Below are positions 25,276 to 38,990 of a stretch of DNA of 64,000 bases, piece by piece. The DNA is from Perna viridis (Eukaryota). The notes under the pieces are model-generated. The model made no database searches. It was not told the origin of the DNA and saw nothing but the letters and a program-made list of their open reading frames with translations. The DNA lies in the NCBI GenBank assembly GCA_037379345.1, contig CM074516.1, positions 5,890,001 through 5,954,000 of the forward strand, written 5' to 3'. Made by a program: the position numbers and the translations under genes. The stretch's first letter is position 1. Every line of letters starts with the position of its first letter.

Positions 25276-28217
25276 GGTGGATGACAGGTCATTGTCTAGT
25301 CTTATACATCTGGGACACATTTCCAAAGGAATTTTCTGACATTTGACATATTGAGTATTTGATAGTAAGGAAACATTTTGTGTATGAAGTTGACCTTACT
25401 GAAAACCAACTACTGATATTTACTTTTTGTGCAAAAATATTATTGATCTGACCTAGATTTTAGGCTCATTTTTTGCTACCCTGTATTATATACTGTTTTT
25501 TTTTTTAAACTGACTATTGGTTCCTAGATCATGCTTTTAAAAACAAGTGATTCATTGAGTAAATGCTATTTTGTTCTAGTCTAACAGTATATATAAAACC
25601 TTAGTATGTAAGCATGTAGAAGAAAAAATACAGCACAAAACAAGTCAACAGAAGCAACAGACTAAAAAGCATGTCCCCTACTTGGAAACATTGTTTTGAC
25701 TGGGACCAACTAGTATCAGTAATTACTATGGCAACCTAGTGATAAATAGTACTGGAAGTATATTATCCTGGAGTGTTTATGTTTTATTCATTGTTTGTTT
25801 CTTCTTTTCCGCTGACATCAGATATATCTGTCAGTGATATGGAGTTGTCAGTTCATTGTCTTGTCTATTTCATATGGAACATATCTGCATTTACAGTAAA
25901 ATCTGGCTAAAGCAAATCTTCTCCGGACTAAAGATCCTGTTCTCAGGGCTATCAAGTTTTCAAAAAGCAAATGCATGAGATTTAGCAGAAGTTTAAAAGG
26001 TCAAAGGTAAAAAAAAAAAACAAGAGATCATTGGATTATCTTCAAAATGTGTGAGACTTGACAGTCCTGGATCACTCAATGTCACAGTTCATCACATGAT
26101 TGGTTTAGAGAAATAATGGTTAAAATATCTTTTTTCATATTTGTTGTGTACTAATTTTTGCTACTTTTTCAGTAGATAAATTGTCCTCATGAAAGTTGTT
26201 TCTCATACTTTAAAATGTTCCATTAAGTTATTTGGCAGAGCATGCAAAATTAAGCAACTATGAATATCAACATGTTTTCTATTATTTTAGATTCTGTTAA
26301 TTCAGGTTTTAATGTTTGTATTTTACACAGATGTAATAGAAACTGTTTCCTGCTTGGATCATCAAAATTTGTTGTCAAGGCTAATTCTACATGGCATCTT
26401 ACTGTCTTGTCTGTGTACCTCTGGATAACAAACATCTGTGTGGGTAGCTTATGATTGCTTGACATGTCTGCTTACTTGAAAAAAGCTGCAAATTGAAAGC
26501 AAAGTAATTATTAGCAAAAAATAGACATTTGTCTCAATTACTTTATTTTAGTTTTAATTGTTATTGTTTTTAGGGGTCTCTCTAAAAAAAAGTTCTGAAA
26601 TAATGAGGTAAACCTGTATTTTGAGTAATTTAGAGCTTTGAAAGGGTCTCCTTGGATATAAATGATAAAATGAGGGTGGGTTAGAAATGGGGCAGGAAAA
26701 GGATGGGTTGGTTGGTGTGTAAATTATCAGTTGCAAATTTTATTTGCATGAAATACCATAAGACGTTTATTTTAGTGCCTGAAAATTTGGCAATGTTTAG
26801 GCAAAAAAGTATGCAAAAATTTTTGGCTATTCTAATTTGGCAGATGCTAAGATGTACTCTAAGTACCTGACCTCAGAGTAAAAATTTCTCAAAATATATA
26901 ATGCAGTTTTTAGACAGACCACTGAATTACAGCACAAAAATTACCTGCTGTATGGTCAGCTATGATAATGGACACTCTGACCAATTCATATGAAAACTTT
27001 AACTTATGTTTGTGAAACAGAAAGGAGGTGTGTCAAGTTTCTGCTCAAATACATTTTCTTTTCTTAGACTTAGTAATATGGTTTTTGGCTCTACCTATAC
27101 TTGTACACAAATATTCACTTCTCGACTAACGGGAATATGCTAGACTTTCTATGGCACTCGCTGTAGGTCAAAGAAGTAAAAAAAAATATGGGTTTGTAAA
27201 ATGGCTCATACAAATGTAAATTTTATGGTATTTCATGGATGTGATTTTAAAAAAATTTAACATTTATAGGAAGGCAAAATCAGCAACTGAAAAATTGCTT
27301 ACTTAGCACCATGTTTCAGCAACGGTAACTATACATTGAGTTCTATATTGAGCTGTAACAGTTTCCTTTTTTCCTGTTAAACTACATGCACATTTTGTGA
27401 TAATTTTATGAAACTTGACCAGACAGCATTGCCACAGGTAAAAGTAGACTGATACAGTGATTTATTGGGGAGTTTGGGTGGTCATGAGTATTTCTGCATG
27501 CTGATGAATTTCTATCTGACACCAGTCGTAATTTATGGATTTTTCTCCATTAAGATTAAGTGTTGAATAAACATCTTATGTAAAATACACTGCAAAAATT
27601 GTATCTGTTTCAATAGTTACAGCATCTGCAAACTGCAAAATTTCTGACTTTCTCATGGCAGAAAAAGCGAAAAAATTTAAAAAGACATGAAACTCCAAAA
27701 ACAGGTGGGTAAAAAGTGATTTGTTTTCAATATGATACTATTTTTCCATCTTTAACAGTACTTTGGGATATGTTTCAATTATGTAATAATTTTCAGAAAT
27801 TACTAGAATTGAGATATTTTATCTCGAACTTTCATCGAGGATAATCTGCTAAGATTTGTCATAATTTAATCTAAAGACTTTCACTACCTGAAACAAATCC
27901 AAAAAGTAACTAAAGATTAATAGCAAATTTTTTCTCCCATTCATAAAAACAATAGCTTTGATCTTTGTTTTAGCCAATCAGATTACTGATAATGTTCGTC
28001 TGCTACAGCATCACAGTTATTGTGCATTTGAACAATTATTACTCACTTAAGACTGTGAATCAGTGGGATTAAACTAATAATTTTGACAACACTTCATATT
28101 TTAACCTTGAAAAACCTTAGTTACATGTATGATGGTCTAAGTAAGAAGGATCAGGTAACCTCAGGTGACCTTTTCTATGGTCTTAGGATATAGTTGTGAC
28201 CTTAAGTGACCTTTGAT

Positions 28218-28295
28218 ATGGTTTTGGAATATATAGTGACAGTGTGGGATGCTGAGGAACCGAGGATTTGTACCCAAGTTGAATACAATTGTCAG
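28218..28295 (+). CDS. Candidate alternative first coding exon: MVLEYIVTVWDAEEPRICTQVEYNCQ
   Basis: ATG with G at -3 and G at +4, 26 open codons and CAG|gtaggc donor in phase 0. Confidence 0.28.
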
Positions 28296-28739
28296 GTAGG
28301 CTAATGTAAAAATCTCGATCTTTACTCCCCCCCTTTTCTGTACTATTTTCAGACTTTCGTAATTATCTGACTTATGATATCTGGTATTTATATTAAGATA
28401 TTACATGTAGTTCATGGTTTTTTGGTATCATTCATGATCTAAATTTGTAAATATCATTATGAGTTAGTGGCAGTGATGACTTTTTCTTCATTGGTGACAT
28501 GTCATATGGACTTCAGAAATAAAGGCAACAACTTCTCAAATGTGATCCATAAAAATAATTGAAATTGTTCTTTCTTGTCCAGTGACTTAACATATCAAAG
28601 TCTATTAATTTTGACGATGTTTATTTATGATTTCATTTGAAAAAAATGTCCCTCTCTGCCCACAATATGTTCATAGCACTGATATCAATGAATGAAGATG
28701 GAGATCTTGTAATATACATTTACAAATAATACAGCTAGT

Positions 28740-29287
28740 TTCTTCAGTTGCTAATTAAAGGAAATTCTTAATGTGTGCTGACCAACATTACATATTTTGA
28801 AATTTCTATATTCAAATTGTCATAACTCTTAAAAAATAGACATTTAAATTATTCTGTACATGCATTACATTGCATAATTCCTGATTGTATGCATACTACC
28901 AATTAAGTTTCGTGAAGTTTATTAAATTCTCTCAAAAGAAATCTGGGCTTGTGAACCAATTCTAGAGGACGTATTTCTAACAAAATTTTGAGGATTAAAA
29001 TTTTCTTGATTTAAATTGTGTCCTTACTACCTACCAAATTTCATGAAATTCTATTCAATAGTTTCAGAAAAGTTGCTTCAGCAGAATATATATGGAAATT
29101 CCTAAGTTTGAGGGCCTGAAACAAATTTGTGATGTCAAAATTTCTTAAAAACAGAACTTCATATGGTGTTCCTACTACATACAAAATTTCATACAAGTCT
29201 GTTTAGAAGTTTAAGTGCAGTTGTGCTGGCAAACTGTAATTGACAGAAAGACAAAGTGACAAGACAAAAATAAAATATTATGTCCCC
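28740..29287. mobile_element. Decayed Helentron/HINE-like element with degenerate ~130-145-bp internal repeats
   Basis: Three copies of tactac...aaatttc(a/g)tgaa-like cores (~28895, 29025, 29173), followed by a GACA-rich tract and tatgtcccc. This architecture is recalled from bivalve HINEs. Confidence 0.45.
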
Positions 29288-29303
29288 ATTCAAGTAGAGT
29301 AAG

Positions 29304-29722
29304 ACTCATTCACCCAAGTTAAAACAAGTGTTTTGAATCATACTTAAAGGATTTAGAGGTGATGTAAATATGGACTTTACTGAATCTTAAATCCATAAGA
29401 ATTATTTTTGACCATATTTAGACTAGTCTAACAAATCAACTGAGGTGAAAACAAGTGTTTATTATATTTTATTGTTGGGAGAATGAAAATGGAAGATTCT
29501 CTAATCCTCATGATCATTTAAATATGGATCTTTTCTGGCATCAATGTAGAATCATTGGAAGTCATATTAGCTACATTCATTTAATGAAGTGTTCATAGGT
29601 ATGGAAAAGAGGGGGGATTCTTTATAATCATTAAATATGGATCTTTTCTGTCATCAATGTACAATCATCGAGAGTCATAGCCACACTCATCGACAGAAGT
29701 GAAAACAAGTGTTTATTATAAT
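29304..29722. repeat. Old degenerate tandem repeat, ~120-135-bp period, 3-4 copies
   Basis: Recurring aaaacaagtgttt and aaatatggatcttttctg.catcaatgta.aatcat. Confidence 0.65.
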
Positions 29723-30147
29723 TTTAGAATAAGGAGGTGGTGTTAAAGCACTTAATTACTGAGTTACGTCAAAACATCTGTTGGTAATTCCATAGCTGCT
29801 GCTACCGAAGATTCATCTATTTTCTCTGTAAACTTTAACATTCATAAAACAGAAGTGAAAGCATCTCTTGTCTGCTTGATTGTTTCCATAATATTTTGCT
29901 TGTGCAGATTTTTGCTTTTGTTATCTTGCAGCTGAAGTTGAAGGACATTTGTTTTTGACCTCTTTCTCTCTCTTTTTTTTTTCTTTCAAGATTTTGGCAC
30001 TCATGTGTTTGAGATTTAGAGATCTGTTTGTCTCTTACACAACTTTTTTCAATAGAAAACCCTTTTATAAGTAAGACAAAATACATAAAATAAGAGTACA
30101 CGCACACTCAATATAATAGGAATAGGATTTATCTTGATATGAAGGTT

Positions 30148-30463
30148 CCACCTCCGTGGTCTCAGTGTAGTAAATGACGGATGTCATGGGTTCCATCCCC
30201 ATCCAAATCACAGTAAAGTCCTTAAAATTGGAAGTCAGTGCTTTTCCTCAAAGCACAAGGGATAGAATGATAACTTGTTGGCTCAGAGTCAGAGTATTGT
30301 GTCGGAGTGGGGTGGCATGACTGACTGTGGGCTGTTGCTTTTGTGAGCAAGTGCAATAAAGATCTAGCTCAACTTGTCAGTCTACTACAAGGCAGGGTCT
30401 GTTCAATTGGTCCTTGTAACATTGTCCATAAGACATTGAATTATAATCATTCAATTAATCATT
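30148..30463 (+). mobile_element. Decayed tRNA-derived SINE, resembling bivalve Meta-domain SINEs
   Basis: B-box-like GGTTCCATCCC (~30189-30199), core aaaattggaagtcagtgcttttcctcaaagcac, body ttggctcagagtcagagtattgtgtcggagtgggg and an AATC/ATTC simple tail. Family assigned from recollection only. Confidence 0.7.
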
Positions 30464-32261
30464 TGATATTCAAGTAATAATGTCAAAGGTCAAGAGTCAA
30501 GTTCAGTGAGCATGAACTTCTTTAACAGAGTTTGGTCATAATCTGGTGACTAAGATCACTGACTTTTTTATTTCTTTCTTGTCACCCTCTTAATAGTGTC
30601 TTGGTTCAGACTTCAATTTAAGATTATTAAGCATGATCAGTCTGCTGTCAAGAATGGCACTTAGTTGAAAGTTTTATCGCATTTGTTTAGAGCTTGAAGA
30701 ATGTGTTGACTGCAACTGGAGGTGTTTTTGCTGTATTTCAGAAGTTGTCACATAATCCTTCCAGTCTTAAAAGAAGCTAATCAGCCCCTGCAGTGACTGC
30801 AGAATAATTGAATCTGGTAATTGTTTTTTGGTAATGAGGATTTATGAGAAGTAAATTGGTGCAGAATGAGAAGTTTTTCTAATGAGAAAAATGGTGTTTC
30901 TATGATGTGTAATGTTTGATGATGTTTACTGTTTTATGGTCTTTACAGATTTCTCTGAAACCTTTATTGTATAGTTCTTTGACAAATTTTAAAGTCCATT
31001 TTGATTGTTATGATGGGATTTAGAGTGACTCACATGGTTGGCACTCCTAGCTTGATCAAAACTTAAGAAAAAAGGGAGTATGCTTTAAAAACAGTGTTAT
31101 ATTACTCTGCTGATTTTTTTTTAAATATGAAACATGAAATAGCATTTATTTAGATAACTTTATATGATGATGTATATACAATAATATTTTTACCCACCTT
31201 AGAAAACAAAAAAAAAATTCCTTAATGATAACCTAAAAATTGAACACTTGACTTTTATATGGATCTTTATGATATTGTACCATATGGTTATATACCACAA
31301 AAAAAGATTCCAAGACATTTTTGGCCATAGCCCTTACTGCTTAGGAAAAGATTTAAAAAGGGCATACACTTGAAGACTTATAGTAACTATTTAAAGTTCA
31401 TATATGTATGTGGATCTCCACAAAAAATGCGTCTCACTAAAGTTAAAGGCTGGAATAGATTTTGGAGATGAGAACTGCACCCATGAAGGAATGGAGGGTC
31501 AAAAGCCAACACTATTTTAGTTTTCAGACAATAACATGGGAATTACATCAAGAATAACAATAAAAATTGGAGTTCTAGTTTAAAATTTTCAAAATTCAGA
31601 CCACTCCCGTCTAAGTAGAATTCAAATTAGTCAGGAAATCATGAGTTACACAAAGTTACTAGAATATCTAATTTCTTTTAATGAATGAAAATTGTTACAT
31701 AACTCTTGCCATGCTGTAAACAGCAGCCCCCTCCCACCCTTTATAAATAAGATTGAAATCTGAGTCACATCTGTGTTTTAGTGAATATTAATTAACATAA
31801 GGAAACAAAGGTCATTTGCAACATCACCATGTGTTTTTCAGAGACCACCTTGCGCTGGTTTTTATGAAGTTACAGATTTATTTTTATTTTGAATCATAAA
31901 TCAAAAGTTTTTGGAGACATTCGTCTTGGGAATAAAAGATATTGCAGGAAATAATTGCTAATTTATCACCAAATCTAAATTAAGATTTGAAAATGTATAT
32001 TTTTTCTTTCTAAGTTGGTGTTGAAAAACATTTGATACATGAAAAAAAGTTGATAATTGGATAATTAAAAATTGGTAAAGGTTTCAAGTGCTAAAGCTTA
32101 TCTCTGACAAACAGATAGTTGACTATAAGAAACACCAACTTTAGAGGAGTCTAAATGTCTCCTTTTGATGAATGAATGCTAGGAAATTGGAAATAAATGT
32201 GTGGTCATCAAATGTATTCTTTTGACCATACAAAGGAAAGGGACATCAGTCAAATTCCAAT

Positions 32262-33050
32262 TTGGCTTAAGATTGAACTTTACTTCAAAGCTTGGTAATC
32301 TAGACTATGCTGATGTCATAGCCTGCTTATCCAGCACAAAAGATCAGATGCAGAAAAAAAGCAACACCCTGAACATATTTGCAACAACAACCGGGCTGAA
32401 GATATACACTGCAGAAACCAAAGAAATGAGAATGGACACCAACACAGACTAAATATAGAAATAGACGGTGTGACAGTAGAAAATGTTATATAATTCATAT
32501 ACCTTGCTGCAACAGTCAGTCACAGAGGAGGAGCAAATGAAGATATATGAAGGTGGCTAGGGCATGCAAGAACAGCCTACCATATGATAAAGTAGCCAAG
32601 TTGGAAGAAAAACCAAGATGAAGCCAACATTATGTTTTGATATATGGAAGTGAAACCTGCAAGAGATTAAAGTCACCTTCCTCTACATTATTAGAAACAT
32701 TTTATAAATATACTGGCCAGAAAAGATCTCGAATACTGAAGCAAGATAAAGAGCAGGGGTAGAAAAGAATAGTAATAGTGTAAAGAAAGGCAGTGAACAG
32801 GACATGTCTTAAGGATGGATAACACCAGGAATATGAAAATCCCACTCAGCAGGGCCCCTGAAGGAAGGACTTAAGGAAAGAGGAAAAAAGGAAGACTAAA
32901 AAAATGTGGAATAGAACTGTGGAAATGTAATGGAAAGCTAGGGTTCAAGTCTTGGACAGACACATTGAGGATTGCACTGTATAGATCAAAATGGGAAGGA
33001 CTTGTTCATGGTCTCATTCTCCAAAGGAAAACAGGGAATTAAGTAAGTCA
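32262..33050 (+). mobile_element. 5'-truncated, decayed non-LTR retrotransposon (RTE-clade LINE): 3' part of the reverse transcriptase and C-terminal region
   Basis: LDYADVIACLS (a YADD remnant), GLKI...TKEM, FIYL.ATVS..GGANEDI, YGSET, IYWPEKISN, GHVLRM and GKRKKGR motifs, broken by stops and frameshifts. Short AAGT/AAGTC tail. Exact 14-bp TSD AGTCAAATTCCAAT at 32248-32261 and 33051-33064. Confidence 0.9.
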
Positions 33051-34339
33051 AGTCAAATTCCAATATGTATAAGGATGGCTACAAATTGGGAATCAAACTC
33101 TGTATATACCATCTGTATGATTCAAGGTTTTAACCACTTTTTGGAGATGAATATTTCCTCAAATTTGGACATTTTATTGCTTGTTTTCCACTGTATGACT
33201 ATGGTGTTCTTCTGTGCCACTGTATTGCCTATTTAATAGATGAAATAAAGGATAAAGAAGTCTTTTGTGCAGTTTTACTGAACTTACTTTTTATTACTTT
33301 GAAACGTAAATCAATTCTTCAACATGAATTTTCAAGACCCTTCATACATGTATTCTGTTCTGTTTCTGTTGGCATCTGCAGTCTGAAATGTTACCTGAAA
33401 TTATCAATTTAAAATGAAGGTAGTTATGGTATCAATATGGTTCTGCCATAAAGTTGCCATTATTTCAACTCTTCTTAACTAGTTCTATTTGATCTGCTAA
33501 TACCCCACATGTAAAACAGATCAGTTGCCAATCACCATTTCCCAAATTAGTGCCACTATTACACAAATTTACAAACAAAAAATCATACAACCTTGAAAAG
33601 CCAATTTATGAACAGGTACGTCTAATTACCAACTTTTTACTTGAGTAGGATCTTTTCTCCAGATCAAACTTTGGGTAAATTGGCAAAATATTGATAAAAT
33701 CATGTTTTTTTCTGTGTTATATTAATGAAAATTCTTCTCTACCTGGTCTCCAGCTATGTTTCTATGGTATTGAGTGAATTTTCCATACATGTGAATTTTC
33801 TGGTAGAATTTAATCTGATCTTGCATGAGCAAGTGGTATATTAAAAGCATATGCTGTAATACCTGGAACCAAGATGGAAATGTTAACTTGTTTATAGAAT
33901 CCTAGGATATTTTTTGGTATTTTTTCAATTTGAAAAACATGCAACTGTTCTCTTAAGTCTGTTGACTTTACTGATGTACATAAAATAGTATGCCTAGAAT
34001 TTGTTCACGGTTCATGCATTGCCTAGATATTACATGCTACAAGCCTTGAATTATCGTAAGTGTATTGAATATAAATTGTTCATAGATTGTGAGTGGTGAG
34101 CAATGAATGGATTGAAATCAAAATGGAAACAAGTATGGTAGCCTTAAAGTTTGTCAAGAATTAAGCCCAAGTAAGGCTCCCTCCCATTATTTGAGCGAGA
34201 TTACTGAAAATTTTATTCAAAGGAATCAATAAGTTTGGCAAGTCACTTGGTTTAAGTGATTTCATCAAGTTCTAATTGGAAAAAAATTGTGGTCAAGAGC
34301 AACCAAGGGAACCAAGATTTTACTGGAAATCAAAAGAAT

Positions 34340-34527
34340 GTAATTCAGGGACAAAGACCAGATAGGGAAAACACACAACAAAGAACATTAAATAACCAAG
34401 ATAGTATTGTACAAAGTAACTCGGACTCCACTAAAAACTGGGGGCATGGATCAGGTGCACTGGTAGGGTAAACCTCCTTTGCTTTTCTAGGAACACCCAA
34501 TGAGTTGCCCCTAATAAGTCAAGTCCA
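34340..34527. mobile_element. Fragment of a dispersed repeat; its core is the source unit of the 15352-15697 minisatellite
   Basis: The reverse complement of 34431-34472 matches the last array unit at 38/42 nt. Confidence 0.55.
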
Positions 34528-37500
34528 TGGTCAAAATATATTTAACTTTTACTCAAATAGAAGTTTGTTTATAACTTTTCGAATTATTTGATATGATTGA
34601 ATATGACATCTTCTCTGTGGGAGGTAGAAAGGTTATATGACTTTGATATTGATCCCTGTTTATCTTGTCTACTGGAATCTTCAGATCTAAGCAGGATGCC
34701 CTTGATCTTTTGACAAATTGACCATTTTCACTGCTGCTTTAGAGGTGAAGTCTGTCAGATAGATTATGGGTTTATTGGATAATAATCATGCAGGGCAGGT
34801 CTAAAGGCACCTTTCAGAAATGAATCTAGGCTATTCTTTTTAGTTTTCAAAACAGTTGATTTTGTTAATATTTCAGTGTTTAATTTTTTCTCAGCCATTG
34901 TCCAATCAAGATTATATTGTTTTACAAATATTAATTAAACATTTTATACAATATGAGAGAAGACAGGGTAAAAGGAGACAGGGAGAGAGAGAGGGCAGAG
35001 AAAAGAGAAAGATATGACATGTCTTCCCCTCTACAATGGTAATATTTCTCAATTATCTAAATCTAGTTGTAGGAACTTACTTCTTATCACCTTGTCTATG
35101 CATGGATAAACCATTTCCTATCAGATGTACCTTATTATGTTACACAGTCCCTTCTCAGAAACAAAATTATCCTCAATTTTTGTGATTGTTATTTACACTA
35201 ACAGAATACTGGTATATTATCTTGGATGATAGGAACAATACAGTAGACCAACTTGAGCTGACATTTTTTTTTCATCCTGGTGGGGTTGTTCATATCCATT
35301 CTCTTAATATTGATCACATAAAGTGTACATTCTTTGTGGTCATCAATGATAATTATACATTAATGAAAATTTTGTTGTGTTTTAGTATTAACAAGCTCAT
35401 TACAGGCTTCATGTAGTGAATTTCTTACTGTTCCTAACAGATTTGTTTTTCATATTAACCTGTTACAGACATGTCGGGAGTTGTCACAGGACGAAGAGCA
35501 TTTGTTGGTAAACCCTTCACTCTGTGTCAGTCAGTCTGTCTGTCAAGTCATTCTAATCTGTTCCAATATTCTGACCAACTGTTGAGCATAATTCTGGTTG
35601 ACATGATTGTGTCTATTTCTAACTATCTTCTACATAAACTTTCTCCAATGTCTGTTGGGAGAACTTTGATCATGGTATAGCTTATATAATTGCCTTGACT
35701 TTTCCGCCATTTCCTATTTTATAGTGTTACCAGCTAGTCTGCACTTAGATAATTACTTTCATATGTCTAGGGGTCATATTATATTAGATGATGCTCTATG
35801 AAATTGTTTGATGTATTTTCCTAGTTTTTATGGCATTTCATGTCATGATACTCTTGTTATAAGATAAATTGTTGTATGAAAAGGGGAAGCAACTCAGAAT
35901 TACTTTTGTTTATTTTTTGTTTATTTCTTAGATCAAGTGATGTAAGATGCAGCTCTATGATAAAGGTTTGTTTTATGATTTGATTTTTTTTTTTTTTATA
36001 AAAATCGACATTTTGTTTCTTTTTGTTTGGTCCAGGGAAAGGGAAATAACTTGTATTAATTTGTGGAGTACTACATCCTGATAAGGCAGAATTGAAAAAC
36101 AATGAATCATCCTTAGAAAAAAAACCAAATAAATTTGACAACATGGGAACATAGTTTATGGTCAGTTGGAGATGAATTCAGAGTTTGTGTATCTTAAAAG
36201 TGTCAGAGGATGCTGAAAAAGAGTTTAATATAATGAAAAAGAAATGAATGCCATTTCTGCATTTCACATGACATTTTGAATAAGATTTCATTTTTCTTTT
36301 TCCCCCCTCCACATTATGATTTACCCACGGCCAGATTCTTACAGAGAATAGTACTTAAAAGTCTCACTCTCGTGTATAGTATAGACAAATGAGAATTAGC
36401 TGTACTAATGCAGAAGTGATCAATAATCCTCTGGCAGTTTAAGGAGGTAGACCTAGGGTGTAGGACACAAATCTTAGAAATCATTGGAACGTTTGTATTC
36501 ATCTTTGTACATCTATCTCATGTAAGCATCAAAGTGGCTTGGAGTGATTTCATTCTGTTACATAGAAAAGCTTGAAAGGCTTTGGTGAAATTGAATATGA
36601 TACAAACATATCACTGATTTGAAGAGTTATGTCCCTTACCCTAAGTCTACCTCCTTAAATAAACCTTCCAGTTGGACCAGGTTTATCTTCATCATTAACA
36701 GTTGCTTGTGACAGCTACTTAAAACTCGAAACCCCCTTAGAAATGTTGGTAGGTTGTTCTAATTGACTGTTTTCATCAAGTTCCATGCAGCGACAGACAT
36801 TTGTTCCATCTTTTACTGTCCATTGCAGAATGGCCTTTTGAAATTTTCATTTTTAAAATAAGATGTTGTCTTACAATTTGATAATGTCGCATAAAATCAT
36901 TCACTTTTTCCTGACTTTGCAAGGTTCTTGTATTTTCTAAGAGGGCTGGCAGAAGCATCTAGAGTCAATTTGGAATGTCAGATGCTGTTTTGGAGCTTGT
37001 GTTTTCATATGTTAGCAGATCAAGCCTGATCCCTTATAAACCATCTAATAACTACCAGTTTTTCAATATCTAGCTTCCTAATTTGATAAAGTTTTGTTCC
37101 ACTGTTTTTTACTAATAGAATAATTGACTACAAGATATATTCTCTGTTCATAGATAAGTTAAACCCATTTTCTGCTTTAATTATCAAGGCAATGCTATTT
37201 CAAATTGACTTACATTAGTTGTGTAATGTCTGTCAATAAACTAGACTAGTAGATCACTAAAATCTGTATTTTATCATAGAAATCAAACTTGAATTTACAG
37301 ACAGATGCAAAAAATAATCAATCTTGAATGAAAGTCAGGAAAATAGTTTACTATATTCTCAGATTAATTCAAGATTTGAGTTTGCACTTTAGAAAGTGGA
37401 AAGTTTTTTGTGGAGCATAGCATATGAGGATGACTTTTCTTTGGCTATTTTGACCATTTCGTGGTAGTTATGCAAGATTTACATGAGATAATTTAAATGA

Positions 37501-38959
37501 AAGCATAAGATTTGTGTTTTCTGCATTTCAGATTATCTCAGTGTTTCAGTTTTCCTTTTTCATAGAATCTTTAAGAATCTTTAATAATTTCGTATTTCAT
37601 GGCGTCTAAGATAGGTATATACCCATAATGTATAGTTATAGATTCTGTGTCAGTAACAAGCTTTTAATATTCCTGCTGAAAAAGCATCTTGAAAACACAC
37701 AATAGATGATAAATTGTAAGTTTGATGGATGCAATGTTTATCTGTTAAGTGAAGATTTACTTCCCTTTGAAGTTTGAAATCTATTGTTTTAAGTTACAAT
37801 TAACATCTCAGAAAAAATAATTATTGGTAATCCTTTATAACAATTTTTGCAATTTTATGTTCTGCTTGTCAATGGTGCATTGTCTGATGTGCTGATAAAG
37901 GAAGCTATTATTTTGCACTGTTTCTACTTGAGTTTTACACAGTAAAAAATTGGTTAATGTTATTAAAACAGAATTTTGCATTCAGGTAAAATTTCTTGAG
38001 AAAAAAGGAAGTATTGGGTTTTTCTTGAAAAAATCATGCATGTTTTGAGTTGTAAAAAGCTTTTTCTTTTTTCTTTGAACATTTTCATTTTCCAAATTGT
38101 ACCAATAAAAGGATATTATCTGGTTTTGATGAAACCTTTTCATGTTCTTGATGTAGGTGAACTAAATCTAGCTCACCAAGCTCAAAAAAGTGGATTATTT
38201 AATGATAAAACATCATCTATATAGCGAATTAACAGAGTTGTTTTTTTGTGATTTAAATTATTTGTGCTCTTCAGTTGCCTAATATGTTTAAGAACAGTTT
38301 GGTGTGCAAAATTTGTTACAGAAAGTACAAAATATAGTTTAAACTTTAACTCTTTGAATTAAATCCATTTGTTTTGTTGAATGTTAGAGATTTTAGAGTC
38401 CAATAATTTAAATTGGTGCTTAGTATGTTGAGTTAGTTTTATTAAGGGGAAGTAATACACTTTGTAAACCAGAATTGTTGTAATATAAGTAAGATGATCA
38501 ATAAACAAAAAAAATCTTTGATCTGAGGCAAATGTTATGATCAACTGAACTACTGGCCATATCATTTCTGCTACCTTTGTAATTGTTGTCTATATAAATT
38601 TATGTGTCCTAGTTATAGACTTGCTACAAGTCCCCCTCTCTTAAATAAAGAATAACAAACTGTTAAAAATAGTTTCCAGTTGCAGTAGAGAGCAGACAGA
38701 AGTCAGGTGCAGAATCAGGCAGAGGCACAGGCAGAGGAAAAGTTAATTTTAAGGCATTAAATATTTTTCACAAGTTCTATCTCGAAATTTTTTATTCTAT
38801 CCCCTACCCTGAAATCCTGGACCCTCCCCTGGGCTTGGTTTAATGGTTATAATAGGTTGATAAGATAAGTTTTCTGTAATACATATGTAGCAAGTCAAAT
38901 TATGATTTAAGGTTAATCAAACATATGGGGTTGAAAATGATAAATAGAGATGTTAATAG

Positions 38960-38990
<31 letters not shown>

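Noticed and set aside
30148-30215. tRNA gene suggested by the B-box
   Set aside because: There is no cloverleaf; it is the decayed head of a SINE.
23130-36165. Strong isolated acceptors at 23159 and 36035
   Set aside because: The phase-0 frames close quickly and no convincing matched donor follows. UTR exons cannot be excluded.
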